Positions 13,197 through 20,519 of a stretch of 32,000 bases of DNA are shown here, piece by piece. The stretch is taken from NCBI GenBank assembly GCA_052445935.1, contig JBQTCH010000003.1; one strand, 5' to 3'. Under the pieces are notes generated by a model that saw nothing but the letters and a program-made list of their open reading frames with translations, was not told where the DNA came from and did not search any database. The DNA is from Rhodopseudomonas sp. NSM (GTDB taxonomy: Bacteria; Pseudomonadota; Alphaproteobacteria; Rhizobiales; Xanthobacteraceae). How positions within the stretch are numbered: the first letter of the stretch is position 1; every line of letters begins with the position of its first letter. Made by a program: the position numbers and the translations under genes.

Positions 13197-13967
13197 CTAC
13201 TTCGCCAGCGTCGCGCCCCAGCTCCGCGCCGTGGTCTCGATCCAGTCGCGATACAGCGTCAAGGGCGTGATGCCGGTGAGGCCGCCGCAGCCGCTCGCGT
13301 TGGCGGCGCCGGTCGACCACGACACCACGCCGATCACCACCGCGCGGCCGTTCTGCTGTTGCAGCGCCGGGCCGCCGGAATCGCCGGTGCAGGCGCCCTG
13401 GCCCTCGCGGGCGTTGTTGGTCGCCGGATCGACCAGGCGGATCTGCAGCCGGCCGGGGCGGCCGGTGGCGATCAGTTCGGCGGCGCGCACCACGCCGCCG
13501 CTCTTGCCATCGCCGCGCTGCGCCACGCCGATGCCGGCGACGGTGAAGCTCTGCCCCGCGGAGAGCGGATCGCCCGGCGCGGCGATCGCGACCGGGCTCC
13601 TGCCGGGCAGGGGAGCCGCGAGCTGCAGCAGCGCGATGTCGGCGGTGGCGCGGTTGGCCTTGATCGCGCGCAGATCGAATTGCGGATGCGCAGCGAGGCG
13701 GCGGATGTCGCGGAGCTGCGGCTGGCCCTGCGCGTCGCGCTGCACGATCTTGTAGTCCGCGCCGGGCGCGACGCAATGCGCGGCGCTCAGCACCAGATCG
13801 GGCGCGATCAGCGCGCCGGAGCAGAAATTGCCGCGCGAGCCGACGATGGTGACGATGGCGCGGCCGAGGCCGTCGCTGCGCTCGCGTGCGCCGCCGACCA
13901 TCGCGACGCAAGGCGTGGCCGCGAGCGCGGCTGTGAACAGCAGTGCGAGTTTCAACGAGCGGATCAT
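13197..13967 (-). CDS. Secreted trypsin-like (S1 family) serine protease (256 aa)
   Basis: The N-terminus is signal-like (MIRSLKLALLFTAALAA). LSAAHC (catalytic His), DIALL (Asp) and GDSGGP (Ser) are in the canonical order. The start is taken at the ATG rather than the upstream TTG. Confidence 0.85.
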   Translation of the reverse strand: MIRSLKLALLFTAALAATPCVAMVGGARERSDGLGRAIVTIVGSRGNFCSGALIAPDLVLSAAHCVAPGADYKIVQRDAQGQPQLRDIRRLAAHPQFDLRAIKANRATADIALLQLAAPLPGRSPVAIAAPGDPLSAGQSFTVAGIGVAQRGDGKSGGVVRAAELIATGRPGRLQIRLVDPATNNAREGQGACTGDSGGPALQQQNGRAVVIGVVSWSTGAANASGCGGLTGITPLTLYRDWIETTARSWGATLAK

Positions 13968-14029
13968 GGCGAGCTTCAAGAGCCTCGCCGCCGCCGCGCT
14001 GTCAACCGGATGATCTCGGAGGGAAGAAC

Positions 14030-14599
14030 ATGTCGGCGATTTTGCTGGCGGGGCCGGCTGTGGAGCCGTGGACGCTCGCCGAACTGAAGACCTTTCTGCG
14101 CGTCGACCACGACGACGACGATCCGGTGATCGCGTCGCTGCTCGCCGCGGCGCGTAGCCAGATCGAGGCGATGACGCGGCGCGCGCTGCTGGCGCAGAGC
14201 TGGCGGATCACGCGCGACGCCTGGCCGCGCGACGGCCGCATTGCGCTGCGGATCGGGCCGCTGCAGGCGCTGAGCGCGGCGCGTGTGTTCGATGCCGACG
14301 GCACTGCGCATGAGGTCGACCTCGCGCGGTTCGTGATCGACGCCGCAAGCGGGACGATCGCCGCGCCGTTTGGGTCGCTGCCGCAGCCGGGGCGCAGCGT
14401 CGCAGGCATCGCGCTCGACGTCGAGCTCGGTTACGGCACGCAAGCCTCGGACGTGCCCGAGCTGCTGCGCCACGCGGTGCGCACGTTGGTCGCGCACTGG
14501 TACGACAACCGCGGCATGGCGGCGATCGGCGGCAGCGTCGCGATACTGCCGGGCAGCGTGGCGGCGATGATCGCGAGCTTCCGGGTGGCGGCGCTATGA
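14030..14599 (+). CDS. Phage gp6-like head-tail connector protein, RcGTA g6 equivalent (189 aa)
   Basis: GGAGGGAAG lies upstream of the ATG at 14030. LAELKTFLRVDHDDDDPVIASLLAAARSQIEAMTRRAL is the typical N-terminal signature of this family. Its position relative to the following genes also fits. Confidence 0.8.
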   Translation: MSAILLAGPAVEPWTLAELKTFLRVDHDDDDPVIASLLAAARSQIEAMTRRALLAQSWRITRDAWPRDGRIALRIGPLQALSAARVFDADGTAHEVDLARFVIDAASGTIAAPFGSLPQPGRSVAGIALDVELGYGTQASDVPELLRHAVRTLVAHWYDNRGMAAIGGSVAILPGSVAAMIASFRVAAL

Positions 14600-14913
14600 T
14601 CGATCCGGGCAGGCTGAGCACGCGGCTGACGCTGGAGGCGCCGGTCGAGAGCGGTGACGGGCAGGGCGGCGTGGTGCGCAGCTACGCGGCGCAGGCCGTG
14701 GTGTGGGCGCTGGTCGTGCCGCACGCGGCGCGCGAGGGCGTCGATGCCGATGCCGATCGGGCGATGTTGCGCGTGACCATCACGCTGCGCGGCGGCGTTC
14801 AGCTCACCCGGGCGCATCGGCTGATCGATGGCGCGCGGATCTATCGCATCGTGTCGTGGCGCCCGCGCGAAGGCGGCGCGCTGATCGAGATCGACGCGGA
14901 GACGCGGCTCTGA
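14596..14913 (+). CDS. Head-tail adaptor / head-closure protein, RcGTA g7 equivalent (105 aa)
   Basis: There is an ATGA overlap with the connector gene. The size, the pattern (LTLEAP...DGQGG....Y......WA.V.P...RE) and the position are typical of this family. Confidence 0.8.
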   Translation: MIDPGRLSTRLTLEAPVESGDGQGGVVRSYAAQAVVWALVVPHAAREGVDADADRAMLRVTITLRGGVQLTRAHRLIDGARIYRIVSWRPREGGALIEIDAETRL

Positions 14914-14915
14914 GC

Positions 14916-15014
14916 GTCATCCTGAGGAGCCCGGCTTAGCCGGGCGTCTCGAGGATGGCGGCAGGCACCCGTGGGCATCCTTCGAGGCTCGCTGCGCTCG
15001 CACCTCAGGATGAC
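14916..15014. repeat. MITE/REP-like palindromic element, family 1
   Basis: It has the gtcatcctgagg ... cctcaggatgac termini. It starts 3 nt after the adaptor stop and ends 28 nt before the next start. Confidence 0.8.
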
Positions 15015-15041
15015 GGCTTCGCTGCAACAAGGATGTTCCCC

Positions 15042-15452
15042 ATGCCCACCGCACCTGCGGCGCTGCGCGCTGCGATTCATCAGGCGCTGACTTCCGACAG
15101 CGGACTTCTCGCCGCGCTCGGCGGGGCGCGCATCTACGACGAGCCGCCGCGCGACGCGGCGCTGCCCTACGTCACGCTCGGCGAGGCGCGGATCAGCGAC
15201 GCCTCCGCCGACGACGCGCCGATGCAGGAGCATCAGCTGACGCTGCACGCCTGGTCGCGGCAGGGCGGGCACAAGGAGGCGCATGTCATCACCGGCGCGC
15301 TGCTGCAGGCGCTCGACGACGCGCCGCTGCAGCCGGCCGGCCACCGCCTGGTCAATCTGCGCTTCGCGCTCGCCGATATCCGCCGCGAGGCCGACGGCCG
15401 CACCTATCACGCATTGGTGCGGTTCCGCGCCGTCACCGAACCTGTCAGTTAG
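15042..15452 (+). CDS. DUF3168-family protein, RcGTA g8 (tail terminator) equivalent (136 aa)
   Basis: AAGGA lies 8 nt upstream of the ATG at 15042; the longer tracked ORF begins inside the repeat element. IYDEPPRDAALPYVTLGE...H.W motifs and the position are typical of the family. Confidence 0.8.
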   Translation: MPTAPAALRAAIHQALTSDSGLLAALGGARIYDEPPRDAALPYVTLGEARISDASADDAPMQEHQLTLHAWSRQGGHKEAHVITGALLQALDDAPLQPAGHRLVNLRFALADIRREADGRTYHALVRFRAVTEPVS

Positions 15453-15462
15453 GAGAAGACGC

Positions 15463-15870
15463 ATGGGCGCACAGAAGGGCAAGGATCTGCTGGTCAAGAT
15501 CAGCGACGGCGGCAACTACGTCACCGTCGCGGGGTTGCGCAGCCGCAGGATCGCGTTCAACGCCGAGTTGGTGGACATCACTCACGCCGAATCCGCCGAG
15601 CGCTGGCGCGAGCTGCTGGCCGGCGCCGGCGTGCGCCGCGCCTCGATCTCCGGCCGCGGCCTGTTCAAGGATGCCGCCTCCGACGCTTTGGTGCGAAGTG
15701 CGTTCTTCAACGGGCTGATCAGCGACTGCCAGCTGATCGTGCCGGATTTCGGCGCGATCTCCGGGCCGTTCCAGATCGCGGCGCTCGAATTCGCCGGCGA
15801 GCACAATGGCGAGGTGACGTTCGACGTCACGCTGGAGAGCGCCGGCGCGCTGAGCTTCGCAACCTTGTGA
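15463..15870 (+). CDS. Major tail protein (TP901-1-like), RcGTA g9 equivalent (135 aa)
   Basis: AGGAGAAG lies upstream of the ATG at 15463. GKDLLVKI...YVTVAGLRS..I.FN.E.VD.T and the C-terminal VTFD.TLES.G pattern are typical of the family. Confidence 0.85.
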   Translation: MGAQKGKDLLVKISDGGNYVTVAGLRSRRIAFNAELVDITHAESAERWRELLAGAGVRRASISGRGLFKDAASDALVRSAFFNGLISDCQLIVPDFGAISGPFQIAALEFAGEHNGEVTFDVTLESAGALSFATL

Positions 15871-15877
15871 GGGGATC

Positions 15878-16192
15878 ATGGCCAACAGACATCGCGGTGA
15901 GATCGAGGCGGAGATCGGCGGCCGGCGGCGCACGCTGGTGCTGACGCTGGGGGCGCTCGCCGAACTGGAGAGCGCGTTCGCGGCGTCCGATCTGGTGGCG
16001 CTGGCGCAGCGCTTCGGCAGCGGGCATCTGTCGGCGCGCGATCTGTTGCGGATCATCGCGGCGGGCCTGCGCGGCGCAGGAGAGGCAGTGAGCGACGACG
16101 AGGTCGCGGCGATGACGGTCGCGGGCGGCGCGACGGGCTATGCGATGATCGCGGCCGAACTGATCGCCGCGACCTTCGGCGAAGCGGCGTGA
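15878..16192 (+). CDS. GTA-family tail assembly chaperone-like protein, RcGTA g10 equivalent (104 aa)
   Basis: MANRHRGEIEAEIGGRRRTLVLTLGALAELESAF is the characteristic start of this family. The position after the major tail gene also fits. Confidence 0.8.
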   Translation: MANRHRGEIEAEIGGRRRTLVLTLGALAELESAFAASDLVALAQRFGSGHLSARDLLRIIAAGLRGAGEAVSDDEVAAMTVAGGATGYAMIAAELIAATFGEAA

Positions 16193-16392
16193 CGCCGTTT
16201 CCCTGGGCCGAGGCGATGCAATTCGGCTTCGGCGTGCTGCGGCTGTCGTCCGATCAGTTCTGGCGGATGACGCCGCGCGAACTCGCCAGCGCGCTGACCG
16301 GCGCGCGCGGCGCGATCGCGGCGCCGCTCGATCGCGGTGGTCTCGACGACCTGATGCGACGTTTTCCCGATCACGAGGAGCAAGCGCGATGA
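16189..16392 (+). CDS. rcc01693-family small tail protein, RcGTA g10.1 equivalent (67 aa)
   Basis: There is a GTGA overlap with the upstream gene. FPWAEAMQFGFGVLRLSSDQFWRMTPRELASAL is the family signature as I recall it. Confidence 0.8.
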   Translation: MTPFPWAEAMQFGFGVLRLSSDQFWRMTPRELASALTGARGAIAAPLDRGGLDDLMRRFPDHEEQAR

Positions 16393-16982
16393 CGGGCGAT
16401 GACGATTGCGAGCGGTGCGACTGCGACTGCGTCGACGAGACGTCGCAGAAGGTCGACCAGCTCACCACCAAGACCCAGGCGCTCAGCAGCGAGGCCAAGG
16501 GTTTTGCCCGCGCGATGACCAGCGCGTTCTCGCAGTCGGTCACCGGCGGCAAGCAGTTCGAGGACGTGCTGAAGTCGCTGGTGCTGAGGGTCTCCGATCT
16601 AGCGCTGAAGGCGGCGCTGAAGCCGCTGACGAGCGGCCTCGCCACCGGCTTCGACGGCCTGTTCTCGGGCCTGTTCGGCGGCGCCACCAAGGCGGCCGAC
16701 GGCGCGATCAAGCCGTTCGCGGCCGGCGGGGTGATCGGCACGCCGACCTACTTCCCGATGCTCGGCGGCGGTGTCGGGCTCGCCGGCGAAGCGGGGCCGG
16801 AAGCGATCATGCCGCTGCAGCGCGGGCCGGATGGCCGGCTTGGCGTCGCGAACAACGGCGGCGGCAGCAGCGTGGTCAACATCCAGATCGCCACGCCCGA
16901 CGCCGACAGCTTCCGCCGCTCGGAGAGCTACGTCACCGGGCAGATCGCGCGCGCCGTCTCGCGCGGCCAGCGGGGATTGTAA
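16389..16982 (+). CDS. Short tail tape measure protein, RcGTA g11 equivalent (197 aa)
   Basis: There is an ATGA overlap with the upstream gene. The central part is Gly/Ala-rich. GEAGPEAIMPL and the C-terminal DADSFRRSE..V.GQIARAV.RG.R motif are typical. The true start could be internal. Confidence 0.8.
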   Translation: MTGDDDCERCDCDCVDETSQKVDQLTTKTQALSSEAKGFARAMTSAFSQSVTGGKQFEDVLKSLVLRVSDLALKAALKPLTSGLATGFDGLFSGLFGGATKAADGAIKPFAAGGVIGTPTYFPMLGGGVGLAGEAGPEAIMPLQRGPDGRLGVANNGGGSSVVNIQIATPDADSFRRSESYVTGQIARAVSRGQRGL

Positions 16983-17117
16983 CCCTCCCCCTTGCGGGGA
17001 GGGTCGCTCGCGCAGCGAGCGGGGTGGGGGGCCGCGGGCACTGCGCGCGTGGCCACCCCCACCCGGCCCGACGCCGCTGCGCGTCGCCGGTCCACCCTCC
17101 CCGCAAGGGGGAGGGTG
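16983..17117. repeat. MITE/REP-like element, family 2 (terminal ccctcccc-loop-ggggaggg hairpins)
   Basis: ccctcccccttgcggggaggg lies at the left end and accctccccgcaagggggagggt at the right end. The shared core gcgaagc..gggtg.gggg.ccgcgggcac is also found in 17898..18021. The element begins directly after the tape measure stop. Confidence 0.75.
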
Positions 17118-17131
17118 AAGAGAGCACGACC

Positions 17132-17231
17132 GTCATCCTGAGGAGCGCGCTCTTGCGCGCCTCGAAGGATGGCAACGCACACCGCGGCCCTGCTTCGAGG
17201 CTCGCCCTGCGGGCGAGCACCTCAGCATGAC
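17132..17231. repeat. MITE/REP-like palindromic element, family 1
   Basis: The termini are gtcatcctgagg ... cctcagcatgac, with one mismatch in the right terminus. It lies 14 nt from the family 2 element. Confidence 0.75.
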
Positions 17232-17255
17232 GGTTCCTTTGTTGCGAGCAAGATC

Positions 17256-17891
17256 ATGACCGCATTCCACGAAATCCTGTTTCCGCTCGACATCGCGCTG
17301 AAGAGCGCGGGCGGGCCGGAGCGGCGCACCGAGATCGTTTCGTTCGGCTCCGGCCGCGAGCAGCGCAATGCGCGCTGGGCGGAGTCACGGCGGCGGTTCG
17401 ACGCCGGCTACGGCGTCAAGACGCTGGAGGCGCTGCAGGCGGTGGTGGCGTTCTTCGAGGAACGGCGCGGGCAGCTCTATGGTTTCCGCTGGCGCGACCG
17501 GCTCGATCATGCGTCGGCCGCGCCGGGGCAACCGCTGTCGCCGCTCGACCAGGGCATCGGCATCGGCGACGGCGTGGTCGCGAACTACCAACTGGTGAAG
17601 AGCTATGGCGCCGGTTTTGCGCCCTATGCGCGGCGGATCGCCAAGCCGGTCGCGGGTTCGGTGCGGGTCGCGGTCGGCGGCGTCGAGGCGATGGGCGGAT
17701 TCGTCGTCGATACCACGACCGGCGTGGTGACGTTCCTCGCCGGCCACATCCCGCCGCCGGGCGCGGCGGTGACGGCGGGCTATCAGTTCGACGTGCCGGT
17801 GCGGTTCGACACCGATTATCTCGAAGTCGACCTGTCGGCGTTCTCCGCCGGCGCGATCCCGAAGATCCCGGTGATCGAGATCAGGGTGTGA
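17256..17891 (+). CDS. DUF2460-family distal tail protein, RcGTA g12 equivalent (211 aa)
   Basis: The ATG at 17256 gives MTAFHEILFPLDIALKSAGGPERRTEIV...SGREQRNARW...R.FDAGYG, the typical start of this family. The longer tracked ORF begins inside the repeat. Confidence 0.85.
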   Translation: MTAFHEILFPLDIALKSAGGPERRTEIVSFGSGREQRNARWAESRRRFDAGYGVKTLEALQAVVAFFEERRGQLYGFRWRDRLDHASAAPGQPLSPLDQGIGIGDGVVANYQLVKSYGAGFAPYARRIAKPVAGSVRVAVGGVEAMGGFVVDTTTGVVTFLAGHIPPPGAAVTAGYQFDVPVRFDTDYLEVDLSAFSAGAIPKIPVIEIRV

Positions 17892-17897
17892 GGACTG

Positions 17898-18021
17898 ACC
17901 CTCTCCCCTTGTGGGAGAGGGTGGCTTCGCGAAGCGAAGCCGGGTGAGGGGCCGCGGGCACGGCGCCCCCTCATCCGTCGCGGACTTCGTCCGCGCCACC
18001 TTCTCCCACGAGGGGAGAAGG
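17898..18021. repeat. MITE/REP-like element, family 2
   Basis: accctctccccttgtgggagagggt lies at the left end and caccttctcccacgaggggagaagg at the right end. It shares its core with 16983..17117. Confidence 0.75.
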
Positions 18022-18040
18022 AAAAAACAGGTGATCGTCG

Positions 18041-18970
18041 ATGCGCTCCATTTCCCCAGCCCTGCAGGCGAGACTCGACTCCGGCGCCACCACCCTCGCT
18101 CAGTGCTGGATTGTGCGGCGGCGTGACGGCGGTGTGCTCGGCTTCACCGATCATGATCGCGATCTGCCGATCGAAGGCGTCACCTGTCGTGCCGGCACCG
18201 GATTTGCGGCGTCGGAGGCGGCGCAGCGGTTCGATCTGTCGGTCGACGGCGCGGAGATCTCCGGCGCTCTGTCCGACGATCTGCTGCGCGAGGCCGATCT
18301 CGCCGCCGGTCGCTATGACGCGGCGACGATCGAGAGCTGGCTGGTCGACTGGAGCGATCCGTCGTTGCGGATGCTGACCGCGCGCGGTTCGCTGGGCGAG
18401 GTGCGGCGCGAGGGGCAGGCATTCACGGCGGAGCTGCGCGGGCTCGCCGATCTGCTGTCGCAGGAAAGCGGGCGGCTCTACACAGCGGGTTGCGGCGCCG
18501 ATCTCGGCGACGGCCGCTGCCGCGTCGATATCAACCATCCGACGCTGCGCGGCGCCGGCCACGTCACCGCCGCGCTCGGAACCTCGACGCTGGCGGTGGC
18601 CGGGCTCGAGGCCTATGCGGCGGGGCTGTTCAGCGCCGGCCGGCTGAGCTGGACCAGCGGCGCCAATGCGGGCGCCGCGATCGAGGTCAAGCAGCACCGC
18701 ATCGTCGGAGGTGGGGTCCGGCTGTCGCTGTGGCAGGCGATGGCCGAGCCGATTGCGATCGGCGACGGCTTCGTGGTCACGGCGGGGTGCGACAAGCAGT
18801 TCGCCACCTGCCGCGACCGCTTCGGCAATGGCGTCAATTTCCGCGGCTTCCCGCAGATCCCCGGCAATGATTTCGTCGTCGGCTATCCGGTGCCCGGCGC
18901 GCCTGGCCATGGCGGCGGCTCGATCGGCGGTGGATATGGCGGCGGCGGTGCCGGCGGCGGCATCGGTTAG
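18041..18970 (+). CDS. DUF2163 / BR0599-like tail hub protein, RcGTA g13 equivalent (309 aa)
   Basis: ATTLAQCWIVRRRDGGVLGFTDHDRDL and the C-terminal GCDKQFATCRDRFGNGVNFRGFPQIPG are hallmark motifs. An extra Gly-rich tail is present at the C-terminus. Confidence 0.85.
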   Translation: MRSISPALQARLDSGATTLAQCWIVRRRDGGVLGFTDHDRDLPIEGVTCRAGTGFAASEAAQRFDLSVDGAEISGALSDDLLREADLAAGRYDAATIESWLVDWSDPSLRMLTARGSLGEVRREGQAFTAELRGLADLLSQESGRLYTAGCGADLGDGRCRVDINHPTLRGAGHVTAALGTSTLAVAGLEAYAAGLFSAGRLSWTSGANAGAAIEVKQHRIVGGGVRLSLWQAMAEPIAIGDGFVVTAGCDKQFATCRDRFGNGVNFRGFPQIPGNDFVVGYPVPGAPGHGGGSIGGGYGGGGAGGGIG

Positions 18971-19009
18971 CAGACAGGCCGCGATCCTTCTGTCACGCGA
19001 GAGGCGACA

Positions 19010-19453
19010 ATGAGCAGATCTGTTACCCGCGATGCGCTGGTGGCCGAGGCGCGGAGCTGGATCGGCACGCGCTATCGGCATCAGGCGTCGGTGAAGGGCG
19101 TCGGCTGCGATTGCCTGGGGTTGGTGCGCGGCGTCTGGCGGGGCTGCATCGGCGACGAGCCGGAAGCGCCACCTCCTTACGCGCCGGACTGGGCCGAGGC
19201 GCAGGGCGCAGAGACGCTGGCGGAGGCGGCGCTGCGGCACCTGGTGCCGATCGCGCGCGAAGACTTCCGCGCCGGCGACGTGCTGCTGTTCCGCTGGCGC
19301 GAGCTCTGCGTCGCCAAGCACGTCGCGCTCGCGAGTTCGGCTACGACGATGATCCACGCCCATGACGGCGCGTCGGTCTGCGAGATCGCGATCGCGCCGT
19401 GGTGGCGGCGACGGCTGGCCTATGCGTTCTGCTTTCCGGGGGTGCGGGATTGA
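19010..19453 (+). CDS. NlpC/P60-family cell-wall peptidase, RcGTA g14 equivalent (147 aa)
   Basis: WIGTRYRHQAS.KG.GCDCLGLVRGVW contains the catalytic Cys motif. Downstream His residues are present (KHVAL...MIHAH). The position also fits. Confidence 0.85.
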   Translation: MSRSVTRDALVAEARSWIGTRYRHQASVKGVGCDCLGLVRGVWRGCIGDEPEAPPPYAPDWAEAQGAETLAEAALRHLVPIAREDFRAGDVLLFRWRELCVAKHVALASSATTMIHAHDGASVCEIAIAPWWRRRLAYAFCFPGVRD

Positions 19454-19470
19454 GAGAGTGCGTGCGTCGT

Positions 19471-19643
19471 CACCTCTACCCGCGCGCGGGGAGAGGTCGA
19501 CCGGCGAAGCGCAGCGAAGCCGGTCGGGTGAGGGGGCGTCTCGCCGCGGTCGAGCGGACGTGAATCACTTGTCGTTCTCGCCGTGTCGCGGACTCAGCAG
19601 CCCCTCACCCCAACCCTCTCCCCGCAAGTGCGGGGCGAGGGAG
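19471..19643. repeat. MITE/REP-like element, family 2 (long subtype)
   Basis: The left end is cacctctacccgcgcgcggggagaggtcg, the core is gggtgagggggcg, and the right end is cccctcaccccaaccctctccccgcaagtgcggggcgagggag. It is in the same orientation as 20301..20436 and nearly colinear with it. Confidence 0.75.
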
Positions 19644-19694
19644 CCTGCCGCGGCTGTTGCGGCGTCGGGGTCTCCACGACGACGGCGTGCGAAC

Positions 19695-20186
19695 TCAGGA
19701 CGGCGTGACATCGGCGCGGGCGGGGGCGCTTGGCGCGGACCGGCTCTGGACGATCATCTGTTTGATCGCCGCGACGGTTTCGGGCGCAAGATGCTTGTGC
19801 GCACCGAGCGCGACGTAGATGGCATTCAGCGTGTTCTTGCGGACGTCCGGAGGAAACAGCACGGTGCCGCGCGCACTCTCGGCGAGTCCGAACATCGCCT
19901 GGGCGGCGAGGCCCAGATCGTATCCCCACACCCAGCACCACAGCCGCACGGCGGTCGACCATCCGCGCTGATAGGCGCGCAGCGTGGTGCCAGTCTCGAA
20001 CAGCGCCTTCTCGGCGGCGTCGCGGACCTCGTCGCTCGCCCCGCCGTCGACGGTGTAGTAGCGCTCGGCGGTCTGCAGCGCCGCGATCCGCTCCTCTTGC
20101 AGGGCGACCACCGGCTTGCCGACGAAGTTGACGACAAACCACGCCGCGATCGCGACCGCTGCACTCGCCACGAGTTCCTGAATCAT
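19695..20186 (-). CDS. Hypothetical membrane-anchored protein (163 aa) on the strand opposite to the GTA genes
   Basis: The internal ATG (A at 20186) is preceded by GGAGCAGG. The N-terminal hydrophobic helix is LVASAAVAIAAWFVVNFVG. The translation is non-repetitive, unlike a GC-shadow ORF. The upstream part of the tracked ORF runs into the repeat element. No family was recognised. Confidence 0.55.
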   Translation of the reverse strand: MIQELVASAAVAIAAWFVVNFVGKPVVALQEERIAALQTAERYYTVDGGASDEVRDAAEKALFETGTTLRAYQRGWSTAVRLWCWVWGYDLGLAAQAMFGLAESARGTVLFPPDVRKNTLNAIYVALGAHKHLAPETVAAIKQMIVQSRSAPSAPARADVTPS

Positions 20187-20300
20187 CTCATCCTGCTCCG
20201 GCCGTCGCCGCGAAGGATCTACGATGCAAATGCCGTGGCCTGCGTCAATGCCACGGGGATTCGACTTACGTCGCGCTGCGCGTCGATGGGCGCGCTTTCT

Positions 20301-20436
20301 CACCTCTCCCCGCGCGCGGGGAGAGGTCGGCGCGCATCGTCAGATGCGTGCCGGGTGAGGGGGCGTTTCGACGGGACGAGAGTCAGCGACTCGTGGCGCC
20401 CTCACCCCAACCCTCTCCCGCAAGCGGGAGAGGGGG
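20301..20436. repeat. MITE/REP-like element, family 2 (long subtype)
   Basis: The left end is cacctctccccgcgcgcggggagaggtcgg, the core is gggtgagggggcg, and the right end is ccctcaccccaaccctctcccgcaagcgggagaggggg. Confidence 0.75.
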
Positions 20437-20519
20437 CGCGCAGCGGGTGGGGCGAGGTCGTGTCCAACACTCGCGCGGCTAACGATTGTCCTCACCGATC
20501 TCCAACGAAGTAACAAGCC

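Noticed and set aside
17816-19363. A 515-aa antisense ORF across the DUF2163 and NlpC/P60 genes
   Set aside because: It is a GC-shadow ORF with low-complexity translation. It spans a repeat element and two recognised + strand genes.
6337-20436. The repeated ~100-170-bp elements considered as a possible CRISPR array
   Set aside because: The copies are kilobases apart, differ in length, are internally palindromic and sit singly between genes. There is no regular repeat-spacer periodicity and no cas genes.
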